A stretch of 63,781 bases of DNA, counting the filler, from Stramenopiles sp. TOSAG23-6 (taxonomy: Eukaryota): the NCBI GenBank assembly GCA_900128565.1. It is 9 parts of 9 records of this genome, joined end to end, with 100 filler letters (N's around TTAATTAATTAA, not from the genome) between each part and the next. Parts side by side here need not be neighbours in the genome. Positions count along the whole stretch, not along the records: positions 49,758 to 56,722 come from LT636624.1; positions 56,823 to 63,781 come from LT636625.1; 7 more parts are not named here. The stretch is one strand, 5' to 3'. Made by a program: the position numbers and the translations under genes. The notes beneath the pieces are model-generated. The model was not told the DNA's origin, did not search any database, and saw nothing but the letters and a program-made list of their open reading frames with translations. Shown here piece by piece: positions 50,306 to 59,800 of this stretch; position 1 is the first letter of the stretch, and each line of letters starts with the position of its first letter.

Positions 50306-51415
50306 ATGTTACAAATTGAAATGAATGACCTTTGTTGTCCAATTACACTGGATATATATAAAGATCCAGTTGTTGCTGCTGATGGTCACACGTATGAACG
50401 AGCTGCAATTTTGCGCCACTTTCAAACAAAGAATACGTCGCCTTTAACAAATGAAGTGTTGCCTAATAGAAATCTAGTACCAAACTTGCATTGTAAATCT
50501 CTATGTGTTGCATGGAAAGAAAAACAAGCAAGAATGAAGAGTGATAGTGTTGCTAAAGACAAAAAAGAAGATTTCGAGCGGTATACTATAGATGCAAATG
50601 CAGGTGATAGTGACGCACAATTCAATCTTGGTTTGTGCTATTTTTATGGTGATGGTGTTGCTGTAGACAAAAAAGAAGCTTTTAAGTGGTATACTAAATC
50701 TGCGAATGCTGGTAATAGTGACGCACAAAATAATCTTGGTTGTTGCTATGAAGATGGTCATGGTGTTGCTCAAGACAAAAAAGAAGCTTTTAATTGGTAT
50801 ACTAAATCTGCAAATGCAGGTAATAGAGATGGACAACATAATCTTGGTCATTGCTATAAAAGTGGTCATGGTGTTGCTCAAGACAAAAAAGAAGCTTTCA
50901 AGTGGTATTCTAAATCAGCTAATGCTGGTAATAGTAGTGCACAATGCAGTCTTGGTTTATGCTATGAAGATGGTGTTGGTGTTGCAGTAGACAAAGAAGA
51001 AGCTTTCAAGTGGTTTACTAAATCGGCTAATGCTGGTGATAGTGACGCACAAAATTATCTTGGTTTGTGTTTTATGGATGGTGAAGGTGTTGCTAAAGAT
51101 AAAAAAGAAGCTTTCAAGTGGTTTACTAAATCTGCAAATGCTGGTGATAGTTATGCACAAAACAAACTTGGTTATTGCTATGAACATGGTAATGGTGTTG
51201 CAGTAGACAAAAAAGAAGCTTTCAAGTGGTATATGAAATCTGCTAATTCTGGTGGTAGTATGGCACAACATGATCTTGGTGTTTGCTATTTTAATGGTAT
51301 TGGTGTTGCTGAAGACAAAAAAGAAGCGTTCAANTGGTTTACTAAATCAGCTAATGCAGGTTATATACATTCAAAGGAATGGATTCGTCGTTTTTTTTCA
51401 GAAAAAAGTATATAA
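50306..51415 (+). CDS. U-box plus SEL1-repeat protein
   Basis: CCPITLDIYKDPVVAADGHTYERAAI; about seven 36-aa SEL1 repeats. Confidence 0.92.
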   Translation: MLQIEMNDLCCPITLDIYKDPVVAADGHTYERAAILRHFQTKNTSPLTNEVLPNRNLVPNLHCKSLCVAWKEKQARMKSDSVAKDKKEDFERYTIDANAGDSDAQFNLGLCYFYGDGVAVDKKEAFKWYTKSANAGNSDAQNNLGCCYEDGHGVAQDKKEAFNWYTKSANAGNRDGQHNLGHCYKSGHGVAQDKKEAFKWYSKSANAGNSSAQCSLGLCYEDGVGVAVDKEEAFKWFTKSANAGDSDAQNYLGLCFMDGEGVAKDKKEAFKWFTKSANAGDSYAQNKLGYCYEHGNGVAVDKKEAFKWYMKSANSGGSMAQHDLGVCYFNGIGVAEDKKEAFXWFTKSANAGYIHSKEWIRRFFSEKSI

Positions 51416-51708
51416 CTGTAAAGAGTAAGAATATACATAATAATTTCAAATAAAAAAAACTAGTTTTGAAGTTTTATAAAAATAATTTAAAATTTGTTTT
51501 TTTTTCATCTTCTTCTCTTCTTCAATCAACACATGTAATTGCTTTCTAATTCCAATTAGAATTTTCAAATTAATTTAAAATATATACCGTATACGCGTTA
51601 CGCAGTACCTATAACGTCTGAGATCAGCATGGCTGCTTTATTTTATCTATCAAATCTTAAAATTAAATTAATAAATCAAAAATGATTCTGCCAATCAAAA
51701 AAAAGGTA

Positions 51709-51716
51709 CCGGGTAA
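51709..51716. promoter_or_regulatory. CCGGGTAA promoter motif
   Basis: About 140 nt upstream of ATG 51853. Confidence 0.5.
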
Positions 51717-51852
51717 CGTACGAATTTCTCTATAATTTCTCAGTTCCTGAGCAGTTCTTTTGGCCGGCCATCGATCAGCCTCAGGAACTCAAAAACAACT
51801 ATAAACAAGTTTTTGTAGTTATAAAAGTTTCTTTCATCTTATCGTATAAAAG

Positions 51853-52434
51853 ATGGTAATGGTAACTAAAGCTATGTTGCATGCACATTATGTCGCTAGA
51901 CGTGCTGTTGATCTAATGGTCTTTTCCATTCTTGCAATTGCAATGACTGGAATATTTTGCTGGCAATATGATCTGGATTTTCTTAAATTTGTGACGCATG
52001 GTGGCTCAAAAATTGCGGAAACTCGAACCCGCACAAGTTTTATCTTTTGGTGTTTAGCATTTTTTGCTGGTGTTGGTTCATATGTTGCATCAAAGAATCG
52101 TGATTATTATCTGTACATGGTTAACTTTATTACACTTTGCCTCGTATCTGCGTGGGGTAAATGGACCATGGTAACTTGGTTCGTATTCTTCAAAAAATGG
52201 CACGGACTTCGACATGCTGAGTCTGATTACAAGAAACATACTGTTCATTTTGTCTTGGAGTTTCTTGTCGATTTCCTTATCCTTGTGGATACCGTATGGG
52301 CATGTTATACTGTGTATCGCGCAATGAAGCATGCTAAGCAGTGGGGTGGACGGTTACCTCTCAAATCTGAAAAGCATGAAGGAGGAGTGTTGGTTACTCC
52401 TCAACCACAATTGGTTGCTGTTGTTGCTGCATAA
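51853..52434 (+). CDS. Hypothetical 4-TM membrane protein
   Basis: Four hydrophobic helices. Confidence 0.65.
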   Translation: MVMVTKAMLHAHYVARRAVDLMVFSILAIAMTGIFCWQYDLDFLKFVTHGGSKIAETRTRTSFIFWCLAFFAGVGSYVASKNRDYYLYMVNFITLCLVSAWGKWTMVTWFVFFKKWHGLRHAESDYKKHTVHFVLEFLVDFLILVDTVWACYTVYRAMKHAKQWGGRLPLKSEKHEGGVLVTPQPQLVAVVAA

Positions 52435-53124
52435 ATATTCCATAGTGATTATTTATAATATGGGGGTTTTCTTTTATGAAAAAATAAAGAAAACTGTACA
52501 ATCCTTTGGATGCTGAGATATACTAATTTTATATATAATAAAAGATTGTCGTTCGACATTGAAAAACCAATTTTTGTTTTTTTCAGCTCATATTTTATTG
52601 ATTATTTTATTGATTTTGTACCAATTAACTACGAAATATACAAATCGGACACCAAACGCACATACAACACGCCTATTAACAATATAAAAAAGCTTGGAAC
52701 ACCCTATCCATATGCATGGGGTGTAATATATAATATATATAATATAATATATGAGTCTTGTAGAGTTCAATTTATTTTGTATTTATTTTCACATTGATAA
52801 TAAAAAAAAAATTACATATGTACACGGGTATCAGGTAGGTATATTANACTATAGTCTANTATAAAGTCTTTGAACGTCTTTTTGTGAAATTTTAATGTAA
52901 ACAACACGAAATAGAAAAAAAAAAAAAAAACGTAACTGTTACTAGTACCAATAACAGTCACACAGTTCGAGTTGTGTCAGATCAAGTCTCAACAAGCCTC
53001 AACATCCAATCAAAAACCAGTAAAAAAAACGTTTTTATACTATTAAAAAATGAGCCATGAACCGAAATTTTCATTGGATGTATAATAAATAGTATTCATC
53101 AAGTATATTTTATAGTATAGTAAC

Positions 53125-55488
53125 ATGTCTGTGCATAGACGAATACCAAGGTTAAATAACAGTCAAATAGAGAAAACGAAAAAAAACATGACAAAATTAA
53201 AAAACACACCGAAAAATGAATTCTTCTCGTTCGACGACTCAAAAGGAATTCTACAACGTTTTTATCCATCAAACAATAGTATATGGAATATATTTATATT
53301 TGTGTGTTTTGTTCTCATCATATCTCTCTGTAACGAACGTATTAGTACAGCGTTTATAGTTAAAAACCAAGAGAATACTATAGAACAACCAGGGATTGTA
53401 TATACCAGAATTGATCAAACATATAACTGGGAATATGAAGAAACTGGAAATGGACAGAGATTTAGTGAGCAAAAAACAATGTTTGATCCAACGGAAACTA
53501 ATACGGGTGATGACTTAAACAACATTGCTAAAGGAAACGATCCAAATAGTGGAGTAGAAGATTTTTGTTTTGAACAATTAAAAAGTCCTTCAGGCAATTC
53601 GACTGTCATTTGGGTTGAAACAACTCGTTGCTCCACCGTACTCGCTGATTACTTGTTACTATCTACTGTTTTACTTTTTATTATATTAACTCTATATTGC
53701 TTTTGTAGATACGGACGAGTATCATGGAGTACTGAAGGTCATACTAAATCTATACAAGCTTTGTGTTGTAGTGAAGATGGTTATACACTCTACTCAGCAT
53801 CATTAGATGGAACAGTTAAAATTTGGAATGTTGAAGATGGGGTTTGCATTAAAACTCTTAGAGGACACAAAGGTAAACCTGTTTTGGCTTTATGTTTAGG
53901 CAAAAAAAGTACCAAAACATATCTATTTACAGGCGGTGCTGGCGGTATGGCTTTAATGTGGGATGTTAAAAATATTGCTGCATGGCGTGGTGCTCTCCAT
54001 GAAGCACCAAAGTCCCATTTGACGCAAGGTACAGTTCAATTAAATATTACTGCACATGCTCCATATCCAATAACATCTTTATTCGTAAGTATTGATGGTT
54101 GTTCGTTAATTACTGGTGGTGGTGATGGGTATTTAAGAGCGTGGAATTTAGTCTCAGGCGATTGTACGTTTGCAATTTCAAAATTTTAATTTTTTTTTTT
54201 CGTACGAAATTTTGTACCTAATGATTTTTTTACAAAAAAATATTTTTTCACAATACTTTAATTAAAACAATTAGAGGTCATGATTTTTTTGTGCGTCAAG
54301 TTTTATGTGATGACTCTATCAATACAGTTTATTCTTGTAGTGATGATTTAACAATAAGAGCATGGAATGCTACGAGTGGAGGTTGTTTGCATACCCTAGC
54401 ATGTATGTTTTATTTTTTTTTTTCCGGTAAAAAAAAAATCAAATTTTTTTTTCGTACGAAATTTTGTACCTAACGATTTTTTTACAAAAAAATATTTTTC
54501 AGAATACATCACATAAAGATGCAGTTACATGTATTTGTTTAACTAAAGATGATCAAATTATAATATCTGGATCTAGAGATGATTCAATTAAATTATGGAA
54601 TGCTAAAACAGGACTTCTCTTACGTACTTTAATGGGACATGATGAGGATGTATGTTTTATTTATTTTTTTTTTTTAACCGGAAAAAAAAAAATCAAAAAT
54701 TTTTTTTTTTGAAAAATTTTGTACCTAACAGTTTTTTTTTGATTTTTTACTAAAAAAATATTTCTCCAAAATACATGTACAATGTTTATGTTCATCAACA
54801 AATCCTAAAGATAGATTTTTTTCTGGATCTCGAGATAATACAATAAAAATCTGGTCCATTACAACTGGAAAGTGTCTTCAAACACTCCGCGGTCATTGCA
54901 TGTTTTATTTTTTTTTTTTTCATACGAAATTTCGTACCTAACAAATTTTTTATTTTTTTTTTAACAAAAAAATCAATTTTTTTTTTCGTACGAAATGTTG
55001 TACCTAACAAATTTAAGGTTTTTTTTTGAAATATTTTTCCAAAATACTTGTATTGATACAACATCAATGAATTATTTTACAGATAATTCATATACTTCAC
55101 ATAAAAACACTAAAAATACACAATTTAAAAAAGATGATGTTGGTGGTGTATTTGCTATTATTGCGAGTATAGATGGTAATACATTATATAGTGGAGGAAG
55201 TGACTCTAAAATTATTATTTGGGATATTTCAACGCCTCTGATGAAGACGGGGAAAATATTGCTACAATTTGATATTAATGATGTTAAAAAAAATTGGTCA
55301 TTCTGATTCAATACTCTGTTTTGCATTACATTCAATGAAAAACACGAAACCTAAATATTTATTTTCTGGTTCTGCTGATCAAACAATTATCATATGGGAT
55401 GTTAATGAGCCTAAAAATATTAAAATTTTGAATCGAAAATTAAAAGTGTTGAGAGGTCATACAGCAGTTACAAGTTTACAAGTTGATT
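53125..55488 (+). CDS. Membrane-anchored (2 TM) WD40-repeat protein; 4 introner introns and +1 frameshift near 55290
   Basis: GHTKSIQALC...SASLDGTVKIW; GH..WD repeats restored by splicing. Confidence 0.85.
54164..54258 (+). mobile_element. Introner intron GT..TT, preceded by TT
   Basis: Restores GDLIKTIRGH. Confidence 0.9.
54403..54509 (+). mobile_element. Introner intron GT..AT, preceded by AT
   Basis: Restores HTLASHKDAV. Confidence 0.9.
54650..54776 (+). mobile_element. Introner intron GT..AT, preceded by AT
   Basis: Restores GHDED|VQCL. Confidence 0.9.
54898..55049 (+). mobile_element. Introner intron GC..TT, preceded by TT, double core
   Basis: In-frame join LRGHCIDT. Confidence 0.82.
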
Positions 55489-55580
55489 GTATGTTTTATA
55501 TGAATTTCTAATTTAATTTTTTTTCATACGAAATTTCGTACCTAACGATTATTTTTTTGAAATATTTTTTCACAACTCAT
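55489..55580 (+). mobile_element. Introner copy GT..AT whose flanking exons are out of phase
   Basis: Consensus match; donor is phase 1, acceptor is phase 2. Confidence 0.7.
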
Positions 55581-56540
55581 TATCACCTGTGCACGATTCA
55601 AAAAGAGTACAAAAATTGTAAACGATAAAAATAAATCTGAACTTTTTGCTGTAGGCGATTCAATAGGCGCTGTGATGATTTGTAGTGCTGATACTAAGAA
55701 CCCTGGTCCAATTGCTACTTGTAATGGTCATTCTGGAGAAATTAATGATTTGGATTGGGATTCGACTGGTCAATATTTGTTAACAGCGTCGTCTGATTTT
55801 ACTGTACGAGTACGTTTTCATTATGAATTTATGAATTTATTATTTTTTTGGTACGAAATTTTGTACCTAAACAAATTTTTGATTTTTTTTTTTTTTGCCA
55901 TGTACGTTTTCATCATGAATTTCAAATTTATTTTTTTTCATACGAAATTTTAATTTTTGTGTTTGCACGCAATTCTGTAGCTAACAAATTTTGAATGTAG
56001 AACATAGTTTTTAATTCCACAGATTTGGGATCTCAGATCACAATCTGTCACAGAAAAAATGTTAGGTACAAAATTGGGTACGAAAACAGAGTACACGAAA
56101 TCTCAGGATTTGAATGAAAATAAAAAAAATACAGAAAATACATTGATTCGGTTGACTGCTTTAAAAATAATTTATACTCATGGAAAAATCAGCTGTTGTC
56201 GATTTTGTCCGGAAAATAATAATTGCTTTGTTGCGGGTATTTCATGTAAAGGCGGAAAGAATTCACTACGTGTATACAATATCTGTCCTGATGTATGTTT
56301 TCATCATGAATTTCGAATTTATTTTTTTTTCATAGGAAATTTTGTACCTAACAAAAAACCAAAAAAAAATGTAAATATTTTCACAAAATCCATGTTACAC
56401 TTAAATCTGAAATGATAACTTCACATCTCTCTCCAGGTCCTGAATATATTGAAATGCGTATAAAGGATAGTATGACCTCTCTGGAATTTTCTTCGGCATC
56501 TCAATTATTATTCTCTGACCAGAGAGGGCTCATTTGGTCT
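55581..56540 (+). CDS. WDR13-like WD40 protein, partial; introns 55810-56022, 56293-56393 and from 56541
   Basis: ITCARF, GHSGEINDLDW...ASSDFTVRIWD, CCRFCPENNN. Confidence 0.65.
55810..56022 (+). mobile_element. Compound introner intron GT..AG with a second copy starting at 55902
   Basis: Two GTACGTTTT starts; restores TVR|IWD. Confidence 0.8.
56045..56141 (-). mobile_element. Antisense introner copy inside WD40 exon, flanked by AT/AT
   Basis: Minus strand reads GTATTTT...TTTTCGTACCCAATTTTGTACCTAAC...GACAG. Confidence 0.7.
56293..56393 (+). mobile_element. Introner intron GT..AT, preceded by AT
   Basis: In-frame join to ORF 56412. Confidence 0.85.
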
Positions 56541-56823
56541 GTATGTTTCATTTTTTTTAATTTCCTCTTTATTTGTATTTTCTTCTGTAGTATTATTTGT
56601 TGAATTCATTTTATCTAGTTCAGTTGAATTTGAAATAATTTGAAAATCTCTAGCAAACGATATTGACAAATGATCTACAGCACTTGATGAATTTGGAATT
56701 TCTGTATGATGCATCCAAAGACNNNNNNNNNNNNNNNNNNNNNNNNNNNNNNNNNNNNNNNNNNNNTTAATTAATTAANNNNNNNNNNNNNNNNNNNNNN
56801 NNNNNNNNNNNNNNNNNNNNNNT

Positions 56824-59800
56824 GGGCGAATCACAGTAAGTGCAGGACATTCAACTACATCTACTGGTGCTACAGGAGGTGCAATCTCCATAATCACTGG
56901 TTATGGTGTTTTATCTTCAAGTGGATCATTTAGCATAAAGACAGGTAATGCTGGTACAGTAGAAGGTGTATCAGGTTCCATCCATATTAGTTCAGGAAGT
57001 GCTAAAAGTTCTAGTGGTCATATTGTAATGCGTTCTGGAAGCGCGGTAAGCGGAGCCGGGGGTAGTATCAGTGTTGTTGTCGGAACTGGAACAGCATCAC
57101 AAGGTGGCCGTGTTATCATTAAAGCAGGTGAATCATCCTCCGCAACAGATGGCACTGGTGGTTCATTATCGATCATTTCAGGTTACAGTACTTCATCATC
57201 AAGCGGTGCATTTAGTATTCGCACAGCAAATGCAGGATCTCTTGGTGTCAGTGGATCTCTTCAATTGATGTCGGGAACTAGTTCAAAAGGTCGTAGTGGT
57301 GAAATAATATTGAGAAGTGGGAATGCAACATCCGGGGCTGGTGGTAGTGTAAGTTTAGCCGTTGGTGTAGGTACAAGCTCTTCAGGTGGGCGGGTCACAG
57401 TTAGTGCAGGAAAAGTTCAAAATTCTACTAATGTTGGTGGTTCAATATCTTTGATATCTGGTTATGGTGGAAGTGTGGCAGATAGTGGTTCGTTTAGTAT
57501 AAAATCTGCATCTGGTGATAATAGTGGTATCTTGAATATAAGTACAGGATCCTCTAGTGATACAAGTAGTGGAGATGTCATTATTCGGTCAGGTGATGCT
57601 ACAAATGGCAGTGTATCTGGTAGTGTTTCTATATATGCTGGAAGTTCAGTGTCCAGTCCGGGCACTGTGAATATATCTGGCGGCAATTCACCTGATTCTG
57701 GGGTTGGTGGAGACATATCAATGATATCTGGTTATGGGTCTACGTCATCAAGTGGATCATTTACAATACAAACTAATGATGCGGGAAGTACTGGTATTTC
57801 TGGAAGCTTAAATATTTTTACTGGTGCAGCAAATAAAGGGAGTAGTGGTTTTATCAGTATGCGGTCTGGAAATGCAACATCAGGAGCCGGTGGGAGTGTG
57901 AGTGTATCCGTTGGATCTGGAAGTGTAAATACTGGTGGTCGTATTACTTTGTCTGCTGGCGAAACTGAAGATTCAACTTCTATGACAGGAGGCGCAGTTT
58001 CTATGGTCAGTGGTTATGGAACGGCTGCATATAGCGGCACATTCAGCATTCGCACAGCAAATGCAGGATCTAGCGGCTCTAGTGGGACGATAAGAATTGT
58101 TACAGGCAGTTCATCTGCTGGAAATACTGGTGCATTGGTGTTACGAAGTGGTCGATCCTTAGGTGCTAGTGGGGGGAGTATTAGTCTCATTGTAGGAACA
58201 GGGGACACAACTTCTGGTGGTAATATTGTTATGACAGCCGGTAGATCGGATGCAGTTATTGGGGGTGACGTATCAATTGTTAGTGGGTATGGTCGAGCAA
58301 AATCAAGCGGTCACTTTTCCTTTGCAACCGCAAATGCAGGAACATCTGGTGTATCAGGGTCTATGAACATTAGTACAGGCACTGCCAGTGGAGGAAGCAG
58401 TGGGCATATTCTTCTGCATTCTGGTATATCTACAGGTGGTGCTGGTGGTAGTTTGAGTTTAGTTGTCGGTAGCGGCAGTTCTGCTCATGGGGGGCGTATT
58501 ACATTTACTGCAGGCGAATCGTCAACATCAACTGGAGGGGCGATTTCAGTGAGTTCAGGATATGGCTCCGATTCATCGAGTGGCGCTTTTAGTATTCGCA
58601 CTTCTAATGGAGGCATATCGGGAGCTTCAGGCAATATCTCATTAATCACTGGTACAACAAGTTCTGGTTCAAGTGGTGCAATTCAGCTTCTTTCTGGAAA
58701 TGCAACGGGAGGCTCAGGGGGTAGCATTCGTATTGCAGTAGGCAGTGGTAGTACTTCTCAAGGAGGTAGAATTACAATGCGTGCAGGTGGAACAGATGCT
58801 TCATCAGAAGCTACTGGTGGATCTATTTCCTTGGTTAGCGGATTTAGTAGTTTAACATCCAGTGGATCATTCAGTATAATGTCGGCGGATGGGGGCTCAA
58901 ATGGAGTGAGTGGCGATTTAAATTTTTCTACAGGTGTATCAAATAATGGAAGCAGTGGGTCTATAAAATTGACCACTGGTTTAGCTTCGAGTGGTACTAG
59001 TGCTGGTATGTCCACAACTTCATCTGGGGGGGCAATTTCTTTGGTTTCTGGGTATAGTCAAGCCACTTCAAGTGGCGCATTTAGTATCCGCACAGCAAAT
59101 GGTGGGTCAAGTGGTGTTTCTGGGTCGCTATCTTTTAGTACCGGAACAACATCCAAAGGAAGCAGTGGGTCGATAAATATAAAAAGTGGAAATGCCACGA
59201 AAGGCATGGGTGGTAGTATTAACATAACTGTTGGAACTGGTTCAATAAATCAAGGTGGACGGGTTATCATATCTGCCGGAGCAATAACCCCAGCCTCTAG
59301 TAGTTCAAGTGATACTAGCATTGCAAAAACTGGGGGCTCTCTTTCTATGACAAGTGGTTATTCGAGTGCATCCTCAAGTGGGTCGTTTAGCATCAAAACT
59401 GCAAATGCAGGCACCAATGGTGTCACTGGTTCTATTGAAATGAGTACAGGTACAACATCTCTTGGCTCTAGCGGGCATTTAATTTTACGTAGTGGGACTG
59501 CTTCAAATGGCACTGGTGGTAGTGTCAGTTTTGTTGTGGGGAGTGGAAATGCCAACACCGGAGGTCGCATTACAATATCTGCGGGGAATACGAAGACCGC
59601 AAATGGCAAAACTGGAGGCGCAGTATCAATTATTTCAGGATATGGAAGTTCATCTTCTAGTGGCGCATTTAGTATTAAAACAGCAAATGCAGGTACAACC
59701 GGGGTTAGTGGGTCATTAAGGCTTGCTACAGGTACAACAAGTTCTGGCTCAAGCGGGCATATTTTGATGCGGACTGGGAATGCTAATAAGGGCGCTGGTG

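Noticed and set aside
50590-51360. 108-bp periodic repeats resembling a CRISPR array
   Set aside because: They are in-frame SEL1 repeats; no unique spacers and no cas genes.
6734-56393. Reading the family as U12-type AT-AC introns (ATGTATG...AATAC)
   Set aside because: The two bases before GT vary (AT, TT, AC, GT, AA, GA, CT), there is no ATATCCTT donor, and AG-ending copies plus conserved residues favour the GT..NN register. The register stays formally ambiguous where flank equals end.
7163-56415. Short ORFs or ORF ends reading FFVRNFVPN, YEILYL or RTKFCT
   Set aside because: Translations of the intron repeat, not a protein domain.
7059-56822. Regularly spaced TTAATTAATTAA within N runs
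   Set aside because: Artificial all-frame-stop contig linker; gene adjacency across linkers is meaningless.
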